This document shows positions 20,306-29,256 of a DNA stretch of 64,000 nt, one piece after another; within the stretch, counting starts at the first letter, position 1; each line of letters starts with the position of its first letter. The notes below the pieces were generated by a model that saw nothing but the letters and a program-made list of their open reading frames with translations, searched no databases and was not told the origin of the DNA. Position numbers and translations under genes: made by a program. Source of the stretch: Candidatus Binatia bacterium (GTDB lineage: Bacteria > Desulfobacterota > Binatia > Bin18). The stretch is from positions 104,248 to 168,247 of the forward strand of contig CAXXHG010000032.1 of NCBI GenBank assembly GCA_963666315.2. Reading direction: 5' to 3'.

Positions 20306-22720
20306 TTAATACAACACCTTGTCATTCTTGAGCCGAACGATGTCCTCATCTTCATAGCCAAGGATATCCCGCATCACCTCATCAGTGTGTTGTCCGAGCA
20401 GCGGTGCAGGTGAACGGACGCCGTTTGATGATTCGGTCAAAAGCCAGGGAATACCCGCATGCATCCGCGCACCCACCTCCGGATGTTCGAGCCGGGCAAA
20501 AAATCCTCGCGCGTTGAGGTGCGCATCCTCGGCGAGATCCTTACTATTCATAGATGGAAATGCCGCCACTCCAGCCGCCTGCAGGAGTTTCGTTACGTCC
20601 CATTTGGAATGGCGCAGCGTCCAATCTGTCACTATCTGATCAAGTGCATCCTCATTGGCCTTTCGATCAGCAGCCGTTTGAAAACGCGCATCGTTGATCA
20701 GTTGCGGTTGGCCAAGGACTTCACACAAGGCGCGCCATTCTTCTTCAGTCCCACACGCAATGGACACCCACTCATCCTCGCCTGCACACCGATAACAATT
20801 GTGGGGAGCCATAAGCGGATCACGGTTGCCCATCCGCTGTGGCTCGGTTCCATTCATGGCATACTCCATCCAGCCTTCAGGCACGAGGGCGGCCATAGCG
20901 TCCCATAACGACACGTCGATGTATTGGCCCTTGCCCGTGCGGTTGCGTGCAGCCAAGGCTGCGCAAATAACGACTGCAGCATTGATCCCCCCATTGGGAT
21001 CACCATATGAAATGCCGAGTTCCTCCGGTGGCCCGCCCGGATGTCCGGTCAAAGCAGAGACGCCGGTCAGCGGGGCTATGGCCGGACCATAACCCATATA
21101 GTTCTTCTGCGGACCCGAATGTCCGTAGCCCGAAATCGAGGCCACAATGATATTCGGATTGAGCTGCGTCAACTCCTCATAGCTCAGGCCCAGGTTCTCC
21201 ATTACCCCGGTGGCGAAATTGTCCATGACCACGTCACAGGTCTTAATCAGTTCCTTAGCCAGCTCCAGACCTTTTGAGGTCCCCAGGTTGAGTTGAAAGC
21301 TTTTTTTTCCCTGACTCCACTGGTTGAATACGCCCGAACGATTCGGGCCGTGCTTCATGCCGGTTGGGGGCAACCGCACCCGACGGGTCATATCGGTATG
21401 CACCTCGGATTCGATCTTGATCACCTCAGCCCCGAGATGGGCCAACTGCATAGAACCGTGCGGACCGGCCCAGACCCAAGTAAAGTCTGCGACCCGAATG
21501 CCTGCCAGAGGAAGACCGGCGTGAGGGGTGAGGGGTGAGCGGTTGGGGGTTGGAGCAGACGAGGGAGTATCATTCAGGACTTCGGCCAGGACCTCACTAT
21601 TATGTTCACCGAGTAACGGCGCGGGGCGGCGGATCTGCCACCACGGTTCTTTGAGTTGATACGGAGGACCGAGGTAGGTCAGTTTTCCAGCGCGCGGATG
21701 CTCGACATCCACAAAAAAATTTCGCGCATGTAACTGGCCCTGCTTGGCCAACAGCGGCATGGACAACATAGGCGCAAAGCAGATGCGCTGTTCTTGCCCG
21801 GCTCGAAACAGATCTTCGACCTTCCAGCCGGACATCCACTCTTCGAGATACATCTTGAGCACATCATGGTTCTTGGAGCGGTTATACATGTCCTGGAAGA
21901 TCTCCCAACTCGCCCACTCCGGATTGTCCATGAGCTCGACCAAGCGCTGCCACTGGTCCTCTTCCGCGGTGATCAAAAAAATCAGGCCATCTTGACACTG
22001 AAAGATGCCCCATGGATACAGCTGTCGTCGTCCCAGACGTGAGGCCACGCGGTCTAGATAGGTGTAGTAAACAAAGTTCTGTTCAAGGATGGAGGCAATA
22101 TAGGATTGGACGGACAGGTCAATGTGCTCACCCTGGCCTGTTTCAAGCGTACGCTGATAGGCCGCCAGAGAGGTCATAGCACCGGCCAGGCCGCCCTGGA
22201 AATCACACTGTTGACCAAAGGTTTTGAGCGGCGGCAGATCAGGCTCGTTTGACGCGCCGGGACCAAGCCAAGCCCACCCCCCGGCGTGGGCCATGGTCAG
22301 CTCATATGATTTGTAGTCTTTGTGCGGGCCGGTCAAACCGAATGGCGTGATTGAACACATCACGAGACGCGGATTGATTTGCCGGAACGCTGCATAGGCT
22401 ATGCCACGGTGAGCCATAACTGAGGGAGAATAGTTATGGATAAGGATGTCAGTCTGGGCAATCAGGCTAGTGAGTTGATCTGCATCCTGACTGATATCCA
22501 AGGTGATACTGCGCTTATTCGTATTGAGAGCGAGAAAGAGCCCGCTCTTCTCAGGGTCACCCTGTCCGCCGGGAAACGGCCCCCGTTGGCGCGCCACGTC
22601 GCCTTGGGGTTCCTCGACCTTAATGACATCAGCCCCAAGGTCGGCCATGAGTTTCGTGGCATAGGCGGCTGACACCATGTGGCCTAATTCAAGAATCTTG
22701 ACCCCTTCAAGTCCCTGCAT
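20306..22720 (-). CDS. Tandem two-domain family III CoA-transferase
   Basis: Two CaiB/BaiF domains (LEGVKILEL...NTNKRS and LAGIRVADF...GKKS), each with the Asp motif (QCDFQGG, YGDPNGG). Start MQGLEG after AAAGGAGG. Confidence 0.9.
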   Translation of the reverse strand: MQGLEGVKILELGHMVSAAYATKLMADLGADVIKVEEPQGDVARQRGPFPGGQGDPEKSGLFLALNTNKRSITLDISQDADQLTSLIAQTDILIHNYSPSVMAHRGIAYAAFRQINPRLVMCSITPFGLTGPHKDYKSYELTMAHAGGWAWLGPGASNEPDLPPLKTFGQQCDFQGGLAGAMTSLAAYQRTLETGQGEHIDLSVQSYIASILEQNFVYYTYLDRVASRLGRRQLYPWGIFQCQDGLIFLITAEEDQWQRLVELMDNPEWASWEIFQDMYNRSKNHDVLKMYLEEWMSGWKVEDLFRAGQEQRICFAPMLSMPLLAKQGQLHARNFFVDVEHPRAGKLTYLGPPYQLKEPWWQIRRPAPLLGEHNSEVLAEVLNDTPSSAPTPNRSPLTPHAGLPLAGIRVADFTWVWAGPHGSMQLAHLGAEVIKIESEVHTDMTRRVRLPPTGMKHGPNRSGVFNQWSQGKKSFQLNLGTSKGLELAKELIKTCDVVMDNFATGVMENLGLSYEELTQLNPNIIVASISGYGHSGPQKNYMGYGPAIAPLTGVSALTGHPGGPPEELGISYGDPNGGINAAVVICAALAARNRTGKGQYIDVSLWDAMAALVPEGWMEYAMNGTEPQRMGNRDPLMAPHNCYRCAGEDEWVSIACGTEEEWRALCEVLGQPQLINDARFQTAADRKANEDALDQIVTDWTLRHSKWDVTKLLQAAGVAAFPSMNSKDLAEDAHLNARGFFARLEHPEVGARMHAGIPWLLTESSNGVRSPAPLLGQHTDEVMRDILGYEDEDIVRLKNDKVLY

Positions 22721-22779
22721 AAGAGCACCCTCCTTTAGAAGCTGCGCGACTCTATCAGCCACTCCCGGAAAAGTCAGCT

Positions 22780-22921
22780 GTAGGGGCGAGGTCACCTCGC
22801 CCGCACGTAGCGTCAGGGCTCCCCCGCAGCCATATCCATTCGATTTTTGTAGGCTGGGTCCAAAGACGTCTGAAGGACCCACCTTCATTCGGTGGGTTGC
22901 GCTACGCTTAGCCCACCCTAC
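22780..22921. repeat. Cluster of REP-like palindromes
   Basis: GTAGGGGCGAGGTCACCTCGCCC (22780-22802) and the inverted doublet GTAGGCTGGGTC...GACCCACC / GGTGGGTTGCGCTACGCTTAGCCCACCCTAC (22849-22921). Confidence 0.7.
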
Positions 22922-23082
22922 TGCCGTGTCCGAGTCGAAACTGTGCGTGGTGTTGTCGCCGTTCCCCTTCGACAAGCTCAGGGCGAACGGAAAAAGAGGA
23001 GGCAGACAAGGCCCGTTCGTGCTGAGCCCCGTCGAAGCATGAACGCGCCGTCATGCACAACTTCAACGTAGACGCGGCTCTA
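22919..23082. mobile_element. MITE-like element, copy 3 (164 bp), inserted at the TA of a REP CTAC end
   Basis: TIRs TACTGCCGTGTCCGAGTCGAAACTGTGCGTG and CATGCACAACTTCAACGTAGACGCGGCTCTA; flanks read CCCACCC-TA[element]TA-C. Confidence 0.78.
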
Positions 23083-23093
23083 CGATTTGACTG

Positions 23094-24368
23094 CTATGAT
23101 CCCTGTGGCACGTCCAACTGAAACACCTGCGCCGCATTCAAACCTAAGATCTTCTCTCTATTCTCTTCAGACAATGTGTCCATCTGACGCTCGATACTGG
23201 CAGTCGAGTGCGGCCAACTGCCTTCGTGATGCGGATAGTCACTCGACCACATGAAATTGTCAACCAGATCGAGTTCCTCAGCCAGCAGAAGTGTGGAGCG
23301 GTCATTCATAAAAGAGGAAAAGCAGTTGCGTCGATAGTAGAAGCTGGGCGGTTCAGGCAAGACGGGTCGCATCCACATGTGGTGGCCTTTGTGCGCGTAG
23401 CCCAAGGTTTCGACCATCCACGGCACCCAGCCGATGCCGCCTTCGATAGAGCCAGCCTTGAGTTTTGGGTGACGCTCAAACGTGCCGGAGGAAATCAAAT
23501 GCACAAGCGGGTCCATGACCGTAGACATAGAGTGGCTGACATAGTTAATCAGCGCACCGCCGTTGCCGCCGACCGCACGTCGGTCCCGACCAGTGGAGAC
23601 ATGGAAGGTAATGGGCAGATCGACTTCTTCGACGAGCGACCAAAAGGGCTCAAATGATTTGTCGTTGTACTGCAACTCGGCGTCTTTGAGCGGTCCAAAG
23701 ATAGGTTTGTTTGGCAGGGTCAGTCCTTTGAAGCCTTGCTCTGCCGCCCATTTGACCTCAGCCAGGGCACCTTTCAGATCACCAGTCGCGATCATGGCCA
23801 TGGGCATAAAGCGCTCCCAGTGGTCGCCGAACGTTTCTTGTGCCCAACGATTCCAGGCCCGAAACATCGCGCCCTGGAAAACCGGATCAGGCGTCGCATA
23901 AGCGAGCAGCCCTTTATTGGGAAAGATCATCTCGGCATCAATGCCGTCCGCATCCGCGTCTTCGATGCGCTGCTTGATATCAATCCCAGCATGATTCCGG
24001 CGGAAATCCTCCTCTTCAAAACGCTTTGAGTACAGATGAGACATGTCCAAGTCTTCGAACGATTCAAGCGCCGGCAGATATTTCTCATAGTTGCGGCCCG
24101 GTTTGACAAGCATCGGCTTCATGCCCTCGCAGATCGTCCACTGGGCGCCGTCCTCATCAATTTCCATCCTCGGAATGCGGTCTAAGTATTTTTTCTCAAT
24201 ACGCTGCTCTAAATAGTCATTCGGTTCGATCCCATGCGTATCGGCCGAGACCATATAGTATTTATTGGGATCGTCGGCATGCGCCGTCCGCGCCCAACCG
24301 TCGTGGCCAGGGGTCTCTTGACGCCATGCATTGTGAGGAGATTCTGTTTGGGGCGTTGTCGTTGCCAT
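23094..24368 (-). CDS. Amidohydrolase family 2 protein
   Basis: VSADTH, DADGIDAEMIFP, PITFHVSTG, FERHPKLK, MWSSDYPHHEGSWP. Confidence 0.9.
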   Translation of the reverse strand: MATTTPQTESPHNAWRQETPGHDGWARTAHADDPNKYYMVSADTHGIEPNDYLEQRIEKKYLDRIPRMEIDEDGAQWTICEGMKPMLVKPGRNYEKYLPALESFEDLDMSHLYSKRFEEEDFRRNHAGIDIKQRIEDADADGIDAEMIFPNKGLLAYATPDPVFQGAMFRAWNRWAQETFGDHWERFMPMAMIATGDLKGALAEVKWAAEQGFKGLTLPNKPIFGPLKDAELQYNDKSFEPFWSLVEEVDLPITFHVSTGRDRRAVGGNGGALINYVSHSMSTVMDPLVHLISSGTFERHPKLKAGSIEGGIGWVPWMVETLGYAHKGHHMWMRPVLPEPPSFYYRRNCFSSFMNDRSTLLLAEELDLVDNFMWSSDYPHHEGSWPHSTASIERQMDTLSEENREKILGLNAAQVFQLDVPQGS

Positions 24369-24491
24369 TGCGTCCTCCTTATGATCGGTCCACACACCGG
24401 GGCGAATCCGAGCTAACCAGGACCAACCGGGGCTTGTTTACTAGACATCACCTACCAGATATGCAACACGCCAAACCTGAGGACAAGCACT

Positions 24492-24815
24492 ATGAAATTC
24501 GGCATCATTCACGACTTTCGCAATCCACCCCAGTGGCGACGCCCGTATCCAGAGCTGTACCACGCATTGCTCGACCAGATCGTTCGGTCTGAGGATCTGG
24601 GCTATGACAACGTCTGGCTGGCGGAACATCATTTCAGACAAGACGGCTATAACCCGTCTACTCTGACCACGGCAGCCGCGATTGCCGCGCGCACGAGTCG
24701 AATCAGAATCGGTACGTATATTTTACTCATGCCGTTCCAACATCCGGTCCGTATCGCCGAGGACACGACCTGCATCGATATCTGGTCCAATGGAAGGTTC
24801 GACCTGGGTGCCGGG
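24492..24815 (+). pseudogene. LLM-class oxidoreductase, truncated at the start of the direct repeat
   Basis: MKFGIIHDFRNP...WLAEHHF...SNGRFDLGAG, after which the coding pattern ends where the repeat begins. Confidence 0.85.
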
Positions 24816-24916
24816 CGCGCGGGTCCTTGTAATCACCGGTAGTGATAGGCGAAGGGGGTAAGTTCTGAGAACGACTCCCCTTTCGGCATCAAGTGGCCCA
24901 GTTTCCTCTCTTTCGT
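24812..24916. repeat. Structured ~105-bp direct repeat, copy 1
   Basis: About 91% identical to 25952-26055 by manual alignment (8 substitutions, 1 indel). Confidence 0.85.
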
Positions 24917-25199
24917 TGTAAAGGGTCGAGAGACCGGGCTGACGGGCCAGAAGCCGCTTATGCTCAGACGTGACTAGCGTCTACCAGGACAATAGGAACC
25001 CGGATTTTATAGATTAAGTAAAAATGGGCCATAGGTTCTTGTCCTACTCCTGGTGTATTTTCATCCCCAAAAATATTGCTATCAATCTTAAAATCCTGTG
25101 AAACTTTACCCCTGTTTGTTTGATTTGACCCTGTTTGGGCTCTCTTTTGTTTCAAATGGTAAGAATCTTTGCTACTATCGAGCAATAAAGGACTACCCT

Positions 25200-25469
25200 A
25201 TGCCCAATGTAGAAAAACTCAGCGTCGCACTTACTCCGGAAATGGCCGAGATGGTTCGCCGAGCCGTCCAGAGGGGAGACTATGCCAGTAGTAGCGAAGT
25301 CATCCGTGACGCGCTGCGTGAATGGAAGCTCCGCCGTACGATGGAACAGGTCGAGATTGGTGAACTTCGCCTCCTGTGGGCCGAAGGGCTCCAAAGCGGA
25401 CCCGGTAAACATGCCAGTATGAAAGCCATCATCACCGAAGCCCGGCGCCGTGCTGCAGAGCCCAGCTAA
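25200..25469 (+). CDS. parD: ParD-like ribbon-helix-helix antitoxin
   Basis: KLSVALTPEM...VQRGDYASSSEVIRDALREW...EGLQSG; the stop overlaps the toxin start (TAATG). Confidence 0.85.
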   Translation: MPNVEKLSVALTPEMAEMVRRAVQRGDYASSSEVIRDALREWKLRRTMEQVEIGELRLLWAEGLQSGPGKHASMKAIITEARRRAAEPS

Positions 25470-25756
25470 TGCCCCGGCTCATTCGTACCGCGCAAGCCGA
25501 AGAAGACCTGATTGATATCTGGTCCTACATCGCACAGGATAACTCACAAGCTGCTGATACGCTCCTGGAAGACATCGACCAGAAATGCGAACTGTTAGCC
25601 AATAATCCCGCCTTGGGGCCAGAGCGCCCAGATATTGCGCCAGAGCTTCGCTACTTCCCCGTAGGGCGGTATCTGATTCTCTACCGCATGCTGGATGATG
25701 ACATCGAAGTAGTACGGGTTCTGCATGGTGCAAGGCACCTGCCCGGATTGTTTTAG
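25469..25756 (+). CDS. parE: ParE/RelE-family toxin
   Basis: AEEDLIDIWSYIAQDN...LANNPALG.ERPDI...RYLILYR...IEVVRVLHGAR. Confidence 0.9.
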   Translation: MPRLIRTAQAEEDLIDIWSYIAQDNSQAADTLLEDIDQKCELLANNPALGPERPDIAPELRYFPVGRYLILYRMLDDDIEVVRVLHGARHLPGLF

Positions 25757-25951
25757 CCTACCGCTCCATCCCCTCTTCGTAATAGGGCAATAGGAACGAT
25801 TCGTCGGGAAATGGGCCATTTCACGTTGCATTGCGTTTTCAGCTCCCTCCTCCGCTCCTGTAAGCTGAGTGAGGGGTGCCGCCTAACCACTGAGAAACTC
25901 ACCGCTTTTGTATTGTGTATGCAATTCTGTCTCGCAAACCGGACGGGATGT

Positions 25952-26055
25952 CGGGCGCGCGGGTCCTTGTAATCACCGGTCGTGACAGGTGAAGGGGTAG
26001 GGTTTGAGAATGACTCCCCTTTCGGCATCAAGTGGCCCAGTTTCCTCCCTTTCGT
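25952..26055. repeat. Structured ~105-bp direct repeat, copy 2
   Basis: Matches copy 1 and is additionally enclosed by the 9-bp stem TGTCGGGCG (25949) / CGCCCGACA (26065). Confidence 0.85.
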
Positions 26056-26105
26056 ATATGGAGACGCCCGACAATAACCGAGAAGTTATCGGCCTGGTCC
26101 CATAC

Positions 26106-26651
26106 TCAACGCTTGACTGCAATCGCGGTCTCACCGAATGAATGTGTCATCCATGCCTCTGGATCTGAGAGCAGATCGCTCGCATTGTGCTTGCCGAGCG
26201 TCAGGTTTGCACACACAAAAACACCGCCCGTCCGCAGCCGTTGATGCAGACCAGTGACCAGCTGGGGGGTTGGGGCGAATCCGTCGAAGAATGCGAGGTC
26301 GTAGACGTTTGTGTCAAGGCTGTCGAGGACGGTTAGGGCGTCACCGTGATGGACGTGGACGCGGTCGCTCATTTTATAGGCCATGCAGTGTTGACGAGCG
26401 ATCTGAACGTGCTCGGGGTCGCTCTCAATGGTATCGACTTGGGCACTCGGAGCGCCGTAGGCAAGCCACAGCGCACTATACCCGAGGGCGGTCCCCACCT
26501 CGATAATGCGCGTAGCCTGGACTGCTGCTGCAAGGACTCCGAGTAAAGTGCCCTTGTCATACGGGTAGGCCCCACAGCCATGACGGGCGCGGTGTGTGTC
26601 CGTGGTGCTCAAGATATCAACAAACGGATCAGTCGTGAGCAGATGTGACAT
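26106..26651 (-). CDS. Class I SAM-dependent O-methyltransferase
   Basis: IIEVGTALGYSALWLA, GDAL, YDLAFFDG, LRTGG. Confidence 0.85.
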   Translation of the reverse strand: MSHLLTTDPFVDILSTTDTHRARHGCGAYPYDKGTLLGVLAAAVQATRIIEVGTALGYSALWLAYGAPSAQVDTIESDPEHVQIARQHCMAYKMSDRVHVHHGDALTVLDSLDTNVYDLAFFDGFAPTPQLVTGLHQRLRTGGVFVCANLTLGKHNASDLLSDPEAWMTHSFGETAIAVKR

Positions 26652-26899
26652 TCGAGAAATCCTCCTTTCTTTGTTCTCCTATCATCGTCCACTCGTTTGG
26701 CCCACTCGTTTGTAGCAGAAGCAATCTCTCACTTGATGGCGCCCCTTCGGCAGCCGTGCGCCTGCAAATCTCACTTGCGACCATGCGCTTTCTGTCTCTT
26801 GACCTATGCATCCCCCTGGCGGTCTGTGTGGGGGCATAGTACAGTGCCCCCACTATCCCTCAGATGTACCCTCAGACGCACAGGATAGGAATCCCAAAA

Positions 26900-27865
26900 A
26901 TGTATGTGTTTCAGAAAGCGGCTCTTCAACAGTTCTGTGTGTGGCTGCTCCTTGGTCTTCTTTTCATGGGCATGCATGCGTGTGGACCTAGGATTCGACT
27001 GACTGACGATCATAAGGGCTCATGGCTGAGGGCGATGTTCGGTGGCGGACCGCGCCCGCCAAAAATATATCCTGTCGCGGTGGGCTATATCCCCAGGTTG
27101 AAAGAGAGGAAGCCTCCCCTGCTTCCGCCACTTTACATCCTCGTCCTACGCCCGCTTGACCGCCGTGCGCTCCCGGCAATCCATGCAAGCCGGGAGAAAG
27201 AACGGCTGCTTCTCCAGGGAGTGGACAACCTGATCGGATTTTCTGGTCTGAGTTTTCAAGAAGGACCTGTGACAATCGCGGCAGTGAGAGGGAGACGAAG
27301 TCTACAGGAGTTACCCCGGATGGACGCAGGGATGCCACATCTGCCGGATATTCCAAAAATATTCTTTACAATGGACAGGTTAGCCGAGACCGTCCAATAC
27401 GCCCTGACGTTGCATTTCCGTGAAGTGGGAATTGAAACGGAAATACTGCCTTTCTCCTTCCCAGAACCGCTGGCAGCGGGAAATCAGCGTGCGGCGTATG
27501 CCCTGGGCTGTACGATAGACGAGTTTTCTCTGTTCAGCCTCCGGCGCTACCAACAGGTCCGCGTCGGGTCGCGTCGGATAGAATTGCCGCTACGAGGACC
27601 CACACGGGCGGCTGTGTCCTTGTCGCTCTCCCTGTACCGGCTACCGTCCGGAAAGGTCGTGTGGCAGGAGCAGGTCTGGGACGTTGTTCACGACCCACCT
27701 CGACACGGCGATCAACATCACTATCGCACAGCCGACGATGTACTCACTTTGGCCCTGAGTCGTACGATTGGTGGTATTCTGTCCATCCCGAATTTTCAGG
27801 CTGCCCTGCGCCGTTCTCGTTCTACGGCATACACCGCTACGGAGAATTTTCCTCCTACAACTTGA
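26900..27865 (+). CDS. Putative lipoprotein of unknown function
   Basis: Hydrophobic leader ending in lipobox-like MHAC. The C-terminal pattern GCTIDEF...AVSLSLSLYRLPSGKVVWQ resembles CsgG/YajG-like lipoproteins. Confidence 0.55.
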   Translation: MYVFQKAALQQFCVWLLLGLLFMGMHACGPRIRLTDDHKGSWLRAMFGGGPRPPKIYPVAVGYIPRLKERKPPLLPPLYILVLRPLDRRALPAIHASREKERLLLQGVDNLIGFSGLSFQEGPVTIAAVRGRRSLQELPRMDAGMPHLPDIPKIFFTMDRLAETVQYALTLHFREVGIETEILPFSFPEPLAAGNQRAAYALGCTIDEFSLFSLRRYQQVRVGSRRIELPLRGPTRAAVSLSLSLYRLPSGKVVWQEQVWDVVHDPPRHGDQHHYRTADDVLTLALSRTIGGILSIPNFQAALRRSRSTAYTATENFPPTT

Positions 27866-29234
27866 TGCTACGCAGCTGACTCACTCGCCGGCGTACGTCT
27901 GCGGCAAAAGGCGCTTGGGGGTCTAGCACAAGAGCGCGCTCATACGCGGCTAACGCTTCTGCCTGCTGCCCCAGCTGCTCAAAGGCCTCTCCCAGGCTCA
28001 CATACGCATAGGCATAATCAGGTTGTAAGTGTATCGTCTGCTGCCAGGCCTGTACTGCGCCTGCTACGTCGCCCTCCGCAACTAACACATGGCCTAGCCG
28101 ATTGTGCACATGGGCTGAGGTTGGGACGAGTTGCAGCGCGTTGTTATACGCCGCCAGCGCTGCATGTGTGTCGCCTTTGACTTCGAGCGCCCGGGCAAGA
28201 TGAATATGCACGCTGGCATCATCCGGATTGAGGCGGAGGGACTCGCCAAACGCCGCAATCGCCTGGGTCAGATCGCCACGATCCTGCAATGCCAATCCTA
28301 AGCGGTACTGGGCCTGGGCATTGGTGGGCGCCAAGTGTGCAGCTTTTTGCCATTGGAGAATTGCCCCATCCAAATTTCCTTCAGTATAGAGCGCGTGTCC
28401 TCGCCTGAGATGCTCGGACACTAAGGGTGAAAAAGTCTGCGGCGGCGATGGGTGCTGAGAAGAGATCTGTGGGGCGAGCTGCCGGGGCGCTGGGGCTGGT
28501 GTTGAAGGGGCTGCGTGGGGAATAGCCGCCATCTTCATCCGGGTGGCGGACTCTGGCAGTATTGTCTGTGCAGGAAGTTTCTCTGGCCTCACCTGGGGCG
28601 TAACAAGTGGAACAGGTGTGGGCAGTAACGAGGTTGCGCTTGGAGATGTTCTTTGAGAAGGGGAGGGAGGGGAGGTTTTTTTTGCCAAGACCATCGGGCT
28701 GGAAGCAGGCAAAACCTGGGATGGTGCTGGAAGGACGCTCTGAGAAATAGGCGGCGGCTGTGTGAGAGAAAAGAGCACCTGGGCGTGGACCTTTTGGGCG
28801 GCGTCAGCTTGCTCAGCTTGTCCATTCAGGACAGCGGTAACAAGATGTGCCTGTTGTTGGACTGAAAAAGGCGGGGGTTGGTCTGCTTTGAGATCAAAAA
28901 CGAAACGGGTGTGAGTCGGATGGGAGCCTATGCGAAGCCGTGCAACAAGGCCGTCGGCTGCTGCATGCGTCGCTGACGGTGATTGTTCGACCACTCTGCC
29001 CACATCAATGACCAGACGTACGGGCGCGCGTAATACAAAGGCGTGAACGAAGTCGGGTGGTTGAGAAAAGCGTAAGATCAGGGTTGTCTGTTTTCCTGCT
29101 TTGGAAAGCTGAACCTCCTGTAAGCGGAGGGCCGACGGATCGGAGAGAGGCTGGAAAAAAGCGTCTAAGGGCTCTAGTCCCATCCCGCCCATCCCGATAA
29201 ACAGGATCAGGGCACTGCCTAGTTTTTTCCCCAT
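27855..29234 (-). CDS. Secreted AMIN-domain and TPR-repeat protein (paralog A)
   Basis: N-terminal hydrophobic segment, AMIN motif FVLRAPVRLVIDV...RLRIGSH...TRFVFDL, Pro/Ser-rich linker and about 5 TPRs (A.Y.LG...G...AI..F...L.L.P). Confidence 0.8.
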   Translation of the reverse strand: MGKKLGSALILFIGMGGMGLEPLDAFFQPLSDPSALRLQEVQLSKAGKQTTLILRFSQPPDFVHAFVLRAPVRLVIDVGRVVEQSPSATHAAADGLVARLRIGSHPTHTRFVFDLKADQPPPFSVQQQAHLVTAVLNGQAEQADAAQKVHAQVLFSLTQPPPISQSVLPAPSQVLPASSPMVLAKKTSPPSPSQRTSPSATSLLPTPVPLVTPQVRPEKLPAQTILPESATRMKMAAIPHAAPSTPAPAPRQLAPQISSQHPSPPQTFSPLVSEHLRRGHALYTEGNLDGAILQWQKAAHLAPTNAQAQYRLGLALQDRGDLTQAIAAFGESLRLNPDDASVHIHLARALEVKGDTHAALAAYNNALQLVPTSAHVHNRLGHVLVAEGDVAGAVQAWQQTIHLQPDYAYAYVSLGEAFEQLGQQAEALAAYERALVLDPQAPFAADVRRRVSQLRSIKL

Positions 29235-29256
29235 CGCGGCCTTTTTCCTGCTATGG

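Noticed and set aside
22721-22975. 85-aa N-terminal extension of the CoA-transferase in the ORF track
   Set aside because: It translates REP and MITE DNA; a strong RBS precedes the ATG at 22720.
24812-26055. Integron attC sites or group II intron ends flanking parDE
   Set aside because: There are no RYYYAAC/GTTRRRY boxes, no integrase, and no domain V motif; kept as an unknown repeat.
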